From NCBI GenBank assembly GCA_040772485.1, contig JAXGYC010000010.1, positions 96,001 through 160,000 on the forward strand: 64,000 nt of DNA, in the 5' to 3' direction. Position numbers and translations under genes: made by a program. The DNA is from Sedimentisphaerales bacterium (GTDB taxonomy: Bacteria > Planctomycetota > Phycisphaerae > Sedimentisphaerales > Anaerobacaceae). The stretch's first letter is position 1. The number at the start of each line of letters is the position of its first letter. The notes below the pieces were generated by a model, which was given only the letters and a program-made list of their open reading frames with translations, was not told where the DNA came from and made no database searches. Of the stretch, positions 39,710 to 48,797 are shown one piece after another.

Positions 39710-40417
39710 TTATCGGTCGTTGGGACCGCTCGAAGACGATGCCAGGGCTTGTTCGAGAATGGGCGCCAAAGCCTTGTTCCAGACGGCATAGCCATGCGCG
39801 TTCAGATGCAGCCGGTCTGCGAGAAAGAAGCTGTCGTCCGGTTTGCCCTCGGAATCGAGCAAGGGCGTCCCCAGGTCGGCGAAGAACAGACGATCGCTCT
39901 TGGCGCAGAGGTTCCGGACGAGATCGTTGGCTTTGTGCATTTCGGGCCAGAGCGCCCAGCGCTGTCCGCTGGGCTTGATCGTCACGAAGATCACGCGCGT
40001 CTGAGGCAATCCGGCGCCGACCCGATCGACGAACTTGGTATAGTCTTCGAGAACGCGCTGCGCCGATTTGCCGCCGGCCACGTCGTTGTCTCCGGCGTAG
40101 AAGACGATCACCTTGGGACGGTACGGAAGAACGATACGGTCAAAGAAGTGTAGGACGTCCGAGATGTGCGAGCCGCCAAAGCCCCGATTGATTACGGGCA
40201 GACTCGCAAAGCCCTCGCGCGTGCGCCACATGCGGATGCTCGAAGAGCCGACGAACAGAACCGGCTCGTCGGGAAACGCGTTCTTGCTGTCCCACAGCTC
40301 GAACGCGTCGATATCCCGGGCGAATCGGTTCGGATCGGGGTCCGGGGCGGGAGCGCTCGTTTGAGCAACGGCGAACATCGACAGGATCGACAACAGCAAC
40401 AAGCCTGCTACAGACAT
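39710..40417 (-). CDS. SGNH/GDSL hydrolase family protein
   Basis: FVGSSS, NRGFGGS, YAGDND and DRLHLN blocks; signal peptide. Confidence 0.9.
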   Translation of the reverse strand: MSVAGLLLLSILSMFAVAQTSAPAPDPDPNRFARDIDAFELWDSKNAFPDEPVLFVGSSSIRMWRTREGFASLPVINRGFGGSHISDVLHFFDRIVLPYRPKVIVFYAGDNDVAGGKSAQRVLEDYTKFVDRVGAGLPQTRVIFVTIKPSGQRWALWPEMHKANDLVRNLCAKSDRLFFADLGTPLLDSEGKPDDSFFLADRLHLNAHGYAVWNKALAPILEQALASSSSGPNDR

Positions 40418-40576
40418 AAACCAGCCCTTTCCACACTTTGGCTCGCGAATCGCGAGAATCGAACCTTTCCTCCCTGTGGATCGTACATACAGGCGAAGGA
40501 GCACGCAAGGGGTATGTCTTCTTTGCGCCGCGATTGGCCGACTCTGTGGGCGGATCCTCCGAAACGTGCGGAGGGC

Positions 40577-40604
40577 TTGACTTTTTTCAACGCCGGGGTA
40601 TATT
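40577..40604 (+). promoter_or_regulatory. Putative sigma70 promoter for small-ORF/rnk cluster
   Basis: TTGACT-N16-TATATT. Confidence 0.5.
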
Positions 40605-41104
40605 GCTCCTGGACAGGTGGCGTTGCGCAGAGAGAAAACCGTGATGCCATGTCAAAGGGAGGTGTCAACCATGCTGAAAAGAACGAACGATCGAGACGGT
40701 CGCCTCCGAATCGGACATACGATCGACTGGTGTTTCTTCTGACGCTGCGAGGTGCACGAATGAGAACGTACATGGATCATATCCTCACCGCAGTCGGTCT
40801 GGTGTGCAAGCAAAGGCTGAACTGCGTGTATCCGTGCAACCCTGCCGGACCCGCCTTCGATAGCAAGCATCCTCATCTGCCGAGAAACGAAGATCTGCTC
40901 GCAAACCCCTCGTTTGCGGCAGATCGCTCGTAGGGCTCGCATCCCCTCGCACAGGACCGTATCACAGCGCATGAGGGATGCGCATCGGTCTGCCAACGCC
41001 TGAACCGGAGAACACGCACCCTGCATTTCCGGCGGATTGTCCGCGCGCCCATGGCCACAAGGACTTCGCGGAAATGCATCACCGCAGGATGGGAGTGTCG
41101 AGCA

Positions 41105-41389
41105 ATGGCCAAGTGGAAGATTGAACTGAAGGATGTGGGGCCCGGAAGGGCCTGTGAAACCGTGGTGGTGGAAGCGGAGAACCTGGTCAAAGCCAAGGTG
41201 CACGCGATGCGGGCCTGCCGCAGGCACCTGCTCTGTGGCGACATCTACCTCGAGGCCGAGGGCCATTACCGGTACCTCGTCATTGACAACCTGGACGAGG
41301 TCGGCGAGGTCCAGTTGACGTGCCTGGACGCCCACCCGCGCGGCACCCCGTCACCGCGGCAAGTCCAGGAATCCGAATCGCTGACCTGA
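41105..41389 (+). CDS. Small hypothetical protein (94 aa)
   Basis: GGGAG RBS and host-like codon bias; Cys/His-containing. Confidence 0.65.
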   Translation: MAKWKIELKDVGPGRACETVVVEAENLVKAKVHAMRACRRHLLCGDIYLEAEGHYRYLVIDNLDEVGEVQLTCLDAHPRGTPSPRQVQESESLT

Positions 41390-41482
41390 CGCGAAGAACC
41401 GCGCATCGCATCACAGACGATATCACGACTATGACAACGTGCGCCTCCGCCAACAAGCGGAGACGCCCAGCAAGGAGATACC

Positions 41483-42187
41483 ATGATGACCGAGAAACGG
41501 GTGCAGCAATTGATCGCCAAGGCTCTCACGTCTGCCAACGTTGACCGAGCGAAGTACTACCACATGTGCTGGTGGGAAGGCCGACTGCGATGTCTTCACG
41601 TCCACCACACCAAAGACGTGCACCCGGTCTTCTTTGCCGCCCCTGGAGAGGTGTTTGCGGAAACACTGAATCCGCACCAATGGCAACTGCTGACCGATCG
41701 CATCATGGCCTTCTGTCAGAGGCACAACATCGCGGCAGACAGTCGGCGGTCACAAGGCGAGCGACGCAGCCGCACCGCGTCCCGGCGGAGGCCCAAGGTC
41801 ACCGGATTCGACTCGCAGCGTCTGCGGCGACTGCTGAGCGACAACCACTCCGCCCTCTCCGCCACCCAACCGCACTTGGACCGGCTCAAGCAGTTGCTGG
41901 AGATGGCCGACACGGTCGCTCCCGAGGAAATACCACGCGATGTGGTCACGATGAATTCGCGCGTCCATCTGAAGGACCGCAATCGCGAGGACGGGCAGAG
42001 GAGCATTTCCCTGGTCTTCCCCGCTGAGGCGGCAACCAACGCGGGTCTCGAAACGACCAAGGTCTCCGTCCTGACGCCGATCGGATTGGCCATCCTTGGG
42101 CGGCGCGTCGGCGACCGCGTGGAGGGCCGCATCCGAATTCAGGACTTGCCGTACCAGCCGGAGGCCGCAGGACGTTTCGATCTGTAG
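41483..42187 (+). CDS. Rnk/GreA-GreB family protein with N-terminal extension
   Basis: C-terminal IPRDVVTMNSRV, LVFP, VSVLTPIGLAILG and YQPEAAG motifs are diagnostic of Rnk. AAGGAG RBS. Confidence 0.8.
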   Translation: MMTEKRVQQLIAKALTSANVDRAKYYHMCWWEGRLRCLHVHHTKDVHPVFFAAPGEVFAETLNPHQWQLLTDRIMAFCQRHNIAADSRRSQGERRSRTASRRRPKVTGFDSQRLRRLLSDNHSALSATQPHLDRLKQLLEMADTVAPEEIPRDVVTMNSRVHLKDRNREDGQRSISLVFPAEAATNAGLETTKVSVLTPIGLAILGRRVGDRVEGRIRIQDLPYQPEAAGRFDL

Positions 42188-42503
42188 CTCGGCGGAGGCT
42201 GTCCCAAAGAACCGAACGCGCGCAACGGCAGTGCAGAAAGGAGTGTTCCATGGCTCAGACCCTGGACTGGCGGGATCGTCGCGGCTCCGCCACTGGACGA
42301 CCGGCGGCCGCAGCACGAACGGATTCTGTCCCACTCGATTCCTCTGAAACAGGCAGACATCGACGCAATCGCTGTCTGCGGCGCAGGTCGGAAGACCCAC
42401 GACCTGCGCGGCGTGGCGGAGGCAACGTGTCCAACTGACAAGTCTGAAATGATGCGGGTCGGCGGAGTGAAACCGACCTTTCGGACAAAGGATACCCCCT
42501 ATT

Positions 42504-43355
42504 GTGAAACACACGGCCAAGGAGTTCATTCGGCACACGGCGCTGCTCGTGCTGGGCAGCGCTCTGTGCGCGTTCAGCGTGAAGGCCATCCTGGTTCCGC
42601 ACGGCTTTCTGGGGCGCGGCATGACCGGCGCTGCACTGCTCGTGCATTACTGCTACCCGGCAGTGTCGCTCGGAACCCTGTACCTGCTGCTGAACATCCC
42701 GGTGTTCGTCCTGGGCTGGCGTTTCGTCGGCCTTCGGTTCGTGTTGTACTCGCTGTGGGGCATGGCCATCTACTCGGCCATGCTGTACCTCATCACGTTC
42801 CGGCTGGAGATCAGCGACCGGATGCTCAGCGCGGTGGTCGCCGGGGCCATCTCCGGAACGGGGGTGGCCGTGATCCTGCGTTCGTACGGCTCCACGGGCG
42901 GAGCGGAAATCCTGTGTGTCATTCTGAACAAGGCCTTTTCGATCACTCTGGGGGCAGGGTCCATGATCGTCAACGCCGTGATCATGGTCATTGCCGGGGT
43001 CCTCTTTCCCATCGAGAACGTGCTGTACAGCCTCGTCTTCGTAGCGGTGGCCGCCCAGGTGACCAACATGGTGTTCCACGGTCTGGCCAAACGACAGGCG
43101 GCGCTCATCCTGTCGGACAAATGGGAAGAGATCGCGCGGGACCTGACGACGGTACACCGATTCGGCGTCACACGAATCCGCGGCCAGGGTGGCTATCACG
43201 GAACCGACAAGACCCTTCTGTATTCCGTTGTCCATCGCGCCAAAGCGTCCGGGCTGAAACGCATCGTCCTGGAGAAAGACCCCAACGCCTTCATTGCGAT
43301 GATGGCCGCCGAAGACGTCACAGGGGTGGAGGTGGGAAACCAGCCTCACTGGTAG
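42504..43355 (+). CDS. YitT family membrane protein
   Basis: LNIPVF and GSTGG motifs, TM helices, and C-terminal GVT...GGY...DPNAFI domain. GTG start with AAGGA RBS. Confidence 0.9.
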   Translation: MKHTAKEFIRHTALLVLGSALCAFSVKAILVPHGFLGRGMTGAALLVHYCYPAVSLGTLYLLLNIPVFVLGWRFVGLRFVLYSLWGMAIYSAMLYLITFRLEISDRMLSAVVAGAISGTGVAVILRSYGSTGGAEILCVILNKAFSITLGAGSMIVNAVIMVIAGVLFPIENVLYSLVFVAVAAQVTNMVFHGLAKRQAALILSDKWEEIARDLTTVHRFGVTRIRGQGGYHGTDKTLLYSVVHRAKASGLKRIVLEKDPNAFIAMMAAEDVTGVEVGNQPHW

Positions 43356-43382
43356 AGATCGCCGGGCCGGGCGTTGCCGACC

Positions 43383-44651
43383 CTATTCGTGCCGCAGGGC
43401 GACGATCGGATCGACCTTGGCGGCGTTGATGGCCGGGTACAGGCCAAACAGAATGCCGATCCCCATGCTGATGAACAGCGGCAGCAGGATGCCGTTCCAG
43501 GTCATGACCGTGGGCATGCCGGAAAAGTACGTGATCAGCAACGGAATCAGCAGCCCCACGCCAAGCCCGATCAGGCCGCCGGTCGTGGAAAGGACGACGG
43601 TCTCGACGAGGAACTGATAGATGATCTGCCGGCGTTTGGCGCCGATGGCCCGACGGATACCGATCTCGCGGGTGCGCTCCGTCACGGAGGCCAGCATGAT
43701 ATTCATGATCCCGATCCCTCCGACGAGCAGGCTGATGCCGGCGATGGAGCCGAGAACGATGTTAAACGTCCGCTTGGTCGCCTCGGCCTGCTTGAGCAAC
43801 GCCAGGGGAACGCTGACGGTATAGTCCTTTTTCTTGTGGAATCGCTCCAGCATGCGCTCGATGCCCGCCGCGACGGCCTCCACGCCTTTGGGGTCCTCGA
43901 CCTGGACGATCACCTGATGCAGCTCGACCTTCTCGCGTTCCTCCGACCCGGAGGTTCGTTTCATGAAGATGTCGCCGAAATACCGCCGGGCGACTTCCAT
44001 GGGAATATAAACGTCTACCTCCTGGTCCGGAATCTGGATGTTGCCGGCCTGCCCGCTCTCGCTCTTGACGATCCCGATCACCTCGAACTCGTCGCCCCCT
44101 ATGCGAATGGTCTGGCCGACCACCGCTTCCGTCGCCAGAATCTTCCTGGCGCCGAACTCCGTCAGCACAGCCACGGGCGCCAGCCTCGCCTGGTCCGCCG
44201 GCATGATGACGCGGCCGGCCAGAATCTCACGAGGCACCAGTTCGAACCACTCCGGCGTCGTGCCCACGATCCGCAGCTCCAGGCTGCGCTCGTGCAGACG
44301 GGTCTCCTTCCGCGTCAGTTTTACCGGCGCCACCTGTTTGATGTTGCCAAAAGACTCGGCCATGCGCCGGTGGTCGTCATAGGTCAGGCCGTACACGCTC
44401 ATGAAGGACGTGCTCGTCCGCTGCTGCTCGTCGGCCGAAGGCTTCACCGACGAGATGATGATGTTGTTGCTGCCGAGCTTGCGGATGTTGGCCAGCGCCT
44501 GTTTGCTGGCCCCTTCGCCGACCGAGAGCATGGCCACGACGCTGCCGACGCCGAACACCACGCCCAGCATCGTCAGAAACGAGCGCAGCTTGTGCAGCAG
44601 CAGGTTTTCGATCCCCAGCCAGATGTTCCTCACGATCCTGGCTTGTCGCAT
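43383..44651 (-). CDS. MacB-family ABC transporter permease (copy 2)
   Basis: HKLRSFLTMLGVVFGV and GGIGIMNIMLASVTERTREIGIRRAIGA motifs; 422 aa. Confidence 0.93.
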   Translation of the reverse strand: MRQARIVRNIWLGIENLLLHKLRSFLTMLGVVFGVGSVVAMLSVGEGASKQALANIRKLGSNNIIISSVKPSADEQQRTSTSFMSVYGLTYDDHRRMAESFGNIKQVAPVKLTRKETRLHERSLELRIVGTTPEWFELVPREILAGRVIMPADQARLAPVAVLTEFGARKILATEAVVGQTIRIGGDEFEVIGIVKSESGQAGNIQIPDQEVDVYIPMEVARRYFGDIFMKRTSGSEEREKVELHQVIVQVEDPKGVEAVAAGIERMLERFHKKKDYTVSVPLALLKQAEATKRTFNIVLGSIAGISLLVGGIGIMNIMLASVTERTREIGIRRAIGAKRRQIIYQFLVETVVLSTTGGLIGLGVGLLIPLLITYFSGMPTVMTWNGILLPLFISMGIGILFGLYPAINAAKVDPIVALRHE

Positions 44652-44688
44652 ATCTACATACTCCGTTGCGGGCCGTGAACGAATCCTC

Positions 44689-44771
44689 GTTCGTAGTGGC
44701 GTCGTAAGACGCGACCTTCGGTCCTTTGCAGTGGCCCGACGCATTCACGCCCTTACGAGCACACCACAAAT
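44689..44771. repeat. Inverted pair of GTAGTG..TCGTAAG REP-like elements
   Basis: GTTCGTAGTGGCGTCGTAAGACGCG and inverted CGCCCTTACGAGCACACCAC. A related half copy GTAGTGCGCTCGTAAG lies at 61168-61183. Confidence 0.5.
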
Positions 44772-44863
44772 GGTCGGGTGGTGCAACATGGCGGACGGGT
44801 TACCGTCTCCAAGGACCATTCGTATCCACGCCGCCCTTCCTGCCGGGTGTCCGTCCGTTCCAT

Positions 44864-46132
44864 CTATTCATGGCGCAGCGCCACAATCGGATCTACTCTG
44901 GCCGCGTTGATGGCGGGGTACAGACCGAAGAGGATGCCGATTGCCATGCTGATGAACAGAGGCAGCAAAATGCCGCTTAGCTTCACCACGGTGGGCATGC
45001 CGGAGAAGTACGTGATCAGGAACGGGATCAAAGTGCCGATCCCCAAGCCGATCAGCCCTCCGAAGGTGGAGAGAACGACCGTCTCGATCAGGAACTGGTA
45101 GATGATCTGCCGGCGCTTGGCCCCGATCGCCCGCCGGATGCCGATTTCGCGCGTCCTCTCGGTGACGGAAGCCAGCATGATGTTCATGATCCCAATCCCG
45201 CCGACGAGCAGACTGATGCCGGCGATCGACCCGAGAACAATGTTGAACGTCCGCTTGGTCGCTTCCGCCTGCTTGAGAAGGGCCAGCGGGACGTTGACGG
45301 CGTAGTCCTTCTTGCGATGAAACCGATCGAGCATTCTCTCGATGCCGGCCGCAGTCGACTCGACCTGCTGGGGATCCTCCACCTGAACGATGATCTGGTG
45401 CAGCTCCACTTTCTCTCGCTCCTCCGAGCCCGATGTGCGTTTGGTGAAGATGTCACCGAAGTACCGCTTGGCTACCTCAATGGGAATGTAGACATCGACT
45501 TCCTGATCGGGGATCTGAATATTCCCGGCCTGTCCGCTTTCACTTTTGACGATGCCGACGATCTCAAACTGGTCACCGCCGATGCGCACCGTCTGACCAA
45601 CGGTGCCCTCGGTAGCCAGGATTTTTCTCGCACCGAATTCGGTCAGCACCGCCACGGGAGCCTGTCGGTCCAGGTCGGTCGCGGTGATGACACGTCCGGC
45701 GAGAACCTCGCGGGGCACCAGATCGAACCACTGCGGCGTTGTGCCTACGACGCGTAGCTCCAACGATCTTTCCCGCAGACGCGTTTCTTTCCTCATCAGC
45801 TTGACCGGTGCGGTCTCCTTGATCGTCCCGAAACTCTCTGCGACTCTCTTCTGGTCGGCGTAGGTCAGACCATAGATGCTCATGTGCGAATGCTGGGTGC
45901 TGGCCTGTTCTTCCTCCGCCGATTTGACGGACGAAATGATGATATTGTTGCTGCCCAGCTTGCGGATATTCTCCAGCGCTTCCTTGCTGGCCCCCTCGCC
46001 CACCGAGAGCATGGCCACGACGCTGCCGACACCGAAGACCACTCCCAGCATCGTCAAGAACGAGCGCAGCTTGTGCAGCAGCAGGTTTTCAATGCCGAGC
46101 CAGATGTTTCTGGCGATCTTCGCTTGTCTCAT
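44864..46132 (-). CDS. MacB-family ABC transporter permease (copy 1)
   Basis: Same motifs and length (422 aa) as the downstream paralog. Confidence 0.93.
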   Translation of the reverse strand: MRQAKIARNIWLGIENLLLHKLRSFLTMLGVVFGVGSVVAMLSVGEGASKEALENIRKLGSNNIIISSVKSAEEEQASTQHSHMSIYGLTYADQKRVAESFGTIKETAPVKLMRKETRLRERSLELRVVGTTPQWFDLVPREVLAGRVITATDLDRQAPVAVLTEFGARKILATEGTVGQTVRIGGDQFEIVGIVKSESGQAGNIQIPDQEVDVYIPIEVAKRYFGDIFTKRTSGSEEREKVELHQIIVQVEDPQQVESTAAGIERMLDRFHRKKDYAVNVPLALLKQAEATKRTFNIVLGSIAGISLLVGGIGIMNIMLASVTERTREIGIRRAIGAKRRQIIYQFLIETVVLSTFGGLIGLGIGTLIPFLITYFSGMPTVVKLSGILLPLFISMAIGILFGLYPAINAARVDPIVALRHE

Positions 46133-46844
46133 GCGTTTCCGTCTCGATTCGATCGATCAGGCCATCCATCATGTGCAGCCGGCTTCGGGCGTGGGCGGCG
46201 ATGTCCGGCTCATGCGTCACCATGATGATGGTCTTGCCTTGTCGGTTCAAGTTGCCCAACAACTCCATGATCTGCTCGCCCGTGGCCGAGTCCAGGTTGC
46301 CGGTGGGCTCGTCGGCGAAGATGATCTGGGGATCGTTGGTCAGCGCCCGGGCGATGGCCACTCGTTGCATCTGCCCGCCGGAAAGCTCCGTGGGACGGTG
46401 GTTCAGCCGTCCACCCAGACCCACCATTTCCGCCAGCTCCTTGGCGCGCTGGGCGCTGCGTGCCGCATCCCAGCCCAGATAGTAGAGCGGCAGCTCGATA
46501 TTCCGCTGCACGGTCAACTGCGGGATCAGGTTGAAGCTCTGGAAGATGAACCCCAGATACGATAGACGCAACTCGCTGAGCGAATCGTCGTCGAGCCGGC
46601 TGACGTCCTTGCCGTCCAGGTAATAGGCGCCGCTCGTCAGCCGGTCGAGACAGCCCAGGACGTTCATCATCGTACTCTTGCCGGACCCGCTCGGACCCAT
46701 GATGGCCCAGAAGCTGCCCTTTTTGAACGAGATGTTCACGCCCGCCAGCGCGTGGACCTCTTCGGTCCCCATCTGGTAAGTCTTGCGCGCGTTTTCAAGT
46801 CGGACGATGTCGTGGTTGCTGTCCGATGGGGTTTGTGCGGCCAT
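46089..46844 (-). CDS. ABC transporter ATP-binding protein (MacB/LolD-like)
   Basis: GPSGSGKST, LSGGQMQRVAIARA, ADEPTGNLD and VTHE motifs. Confidence 0.95.
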   Translation of the reverse strand: MAAQTPSDSNHDIVRLENARKTYQMGTEEVHALAGVNISFKKGSFWAIMGPSGSGKSTMMNVLGCLDRLTSGAYYLDGKDVSRLDDDSLSELRLSYLGFIFQSFNLIPQLTVQRNIELPLYYLGWDAARSAQRAKELAEMVGLGGRLNHRPTELSGGQMQRVAIARALTNDPQIIFADEPTGNLDSATGEQIMELLGNLNRQGKTIIMVTHEPDIAAHARSRLHMMDGLIDRIETETHETSEDRQKHLARH

Positions 46845-48797
46845 CTACTGCCCCCCTCCCGGCTGCGGGCCTCTGGTGCCGGACCGGTCACCACCCGGGC
46901 CGCCTGCCGGCCTGGCAGAGCCGCCAGGACCGCCCTCCGGGGCGCGCTGGCGCATCTGTCCCTGCTGTTGCGGGGCGGCGTTTTCCGTCATCTGCTGCCG
47001 CATGCGCTCCATCTCCTGCTGTCGCTGCTCGGGCGTCATGTTCTGAAGCCGTTCGCGCATCTGCTCTCTTTGCTCGTCCGAGAGTTGGGGCTGCCCCCCC
47101 TGGCCCTGGGGCGGGAATCCGCCCCCTGCCCCCGGCGGCTGAAACCCTTGCGCCGGCATGCCCTCCATGCCCTGGCCGAAAGCGGGCCGGCCGGCATCCG
47201 ATCCATTGACGTTCTCCAGCCTCTCGTTGATTCTCTGCTGCCAGTCGTCGGCTTCGCCGTCGGCGTCCGATCTGTCCTGACCCGAGCCTTCTTTCAATGT
47301 GGCCTCCTTCAGAGGCGGCGCCAGCCAGACGACTTCGCCTCTATCCAGACCGCTGATGACCCGGACCATGCTGTTGTTGTCCAAGCCGATCTCGACAATC
47401 CGTTCCTGCACCGTGCCGTCCGGATGAACGACGTAAACGGTCGGCTTGCCCCCAATACGAATGACCGCCTGAATCGGGATGTAGACGGCGTCGTCGTACT
47501 GGGCGACGATGATCTCGACCTTGCAGCTCATTCCCGTCCGCAACGCCGGATCGTCCCCTTCGAGGTAGATGTCCGAGTTGTAGACCTTCAGGTCGGGGTT
47601 CATCCACATGCTCTGCGGATCGGGCAGCGGCGCGATCCGACCGACGGAGCCCATGAATTTCTTGCCGGGGAGGGCATCGACCGTCACGACGGCGGGCAAC
47701 CCAATCCGGACCTTCTCCAGGCTGGCCTCGTGAATATCGACCTCCGCCATGGCCGACGTCGCCGTCGGCAGATAGATCAGCTCCTGACGCTCGAAGACCT
47801 CGACACCCTCGTCGAGCGGCTCGCGGTTGTCGCGCCACCCGCCCCGACGAGCGCTGGTCGCATAGATCACCATGCCATCGGCTGGAGCATACACCTTGGC
47901 CTTGCTGAGCTGATCGTCGATCTTGTCGAGCTTGTACTTCTGGCGATCGTATTCCTGCTTTCTGGCCAGCAGTTCGGCGCGGGCCTGGGCGACGTTGGCC
48001 CGGGCCTTGGCCTGGGTGCGTTCCAACGCCATCTCCGCCTGCCGGACGTCGCTCTCCAACTGCGCGATCTGCCGCTTGTTGGTGTATTCTTCGAGAAGCT
48101 CCCGATCGCGCTGGGCCACCTGAAGGTTGACCTCCGCTCGGCTGAACGCCAGTTCGTCCGCCTGAAGCTCGGTCTTCGAGAGGTATTTCTCCTCGTAAAG
48201 CTTCCGGGACCACTCCACTTTTTCCAAGGCCCGCGTCTTGTCTTCTTCGGCCAACTGAATCTCGGCCAGGGCCTTCGCCAGTTCGTTCGGATACTCCCCC
48301 TCTTTGTACTTGTTCAGGTCCTGTTTGGCGAATTCCAGCGTCAGCGTAGCCAGTTCCACGTCGCTCTGGGCCTGATTCTCGACGATGTCCATGTTCTCCT
48401 TGGCGTTGATGTGCGCCGCCTCGGCATTCTGCACGGTGATATCCTGATCGATCCGCTGGTCCTGCATCGTGCTGGCGTCGAGTTCGACCAGCAGCTCGCC
48501 CTTCTTGACCCTCGTTCCCTCGTCAATGAGGTAGATGATCGAGGTGCGCCCTTCCAGTTGATTGGTGATGATGATCTGCTCGCGCGCCTTGATCGTGCCC
48601 GATTCGAGCACGCTTATCGTCAACGGACCTCGCTGGGCCTCGAACGTGGCCATCTGCGTAGTGGGCGAGTCGCCCGCGCGAACCACCTTGAGCCAGATGA
48701 TCACCAGTGCGATGGCGGCGAGAATTACCAGGACGCCCAGCACCCGGAGAGGCCTGCGTCTGCCATTTGTCGTCCCGTTGGCGTTCTTAACTGTCAT
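46845..48797 (-). CDS. Efflux periplasmic adaptor (MacA/HlyD-like) with Gln/Gly-rich C-terminal tail
   Basis: N-terminal anchor, EGTRVKKGELLVELD, long coiled coil, APADGMV, LRTGMS and SGL..GE motifs. Confidence 0.9.
   Translation of the reverse strand: MTVKNANGTTNGRRRPLRVLGVLVILAAIALVIIWLKVVRAGDSPTTQMATFEAQRGPLTISVLESGTIKAREQIIITNQLEGRTSIIYLIDEGTRVKKGELLVELDASTMQDQRIDQDITVQNAEAAHINAKENMDIVENQAQSDVELATLTLEFAKQDLNKYKEGEYPNELAKALAEIQLAEEDKTRALEKVEWSRKLYEEKYLSKTELQADELAFSRAEVNLQVAQRDRELLEEYTNKRQIAQLESDVRQAEMALERTQAKARANVAQARAELLARKQEYDRQKYKLDKIDDQLSKAKVYAPADGMVIYATSARRGGWRDNREPLDEGVEVFERQELIYLPTATSAMAEVDIHEASLEKVRIGLPAVVTVDALPGKKFMGSVGRIAPLPDPQSMWMNPDLKVYNSDIYLEGDDPALRTGMSCKVEIIVAQYDDAVYIPIQAVIRIGGKPTVYVVHPDGTVQERIVEIGLDNNSMVRVISGLDRGEVVWLAPPLKEATLKEGSGQDRSDADGEADDWQQRINERLENVNGSDAGRPAFGQGMEGMPAQGFQPPGAGGGFPPQGQGGQPQLSDEQREQMRERLQNMTPEQRQQEMERMRQQMTENAAPQQQGQMRQRAPEGGPGGSARPAGGPGGDRSGTRGPQPGGGQ

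Noticed and set aside
46089..46132. Frameshift suggested by 44-nt ATPase/permease overlap
   Set aside because: Both proteins are complete, and the permease start matches its paralog's N-terminus.
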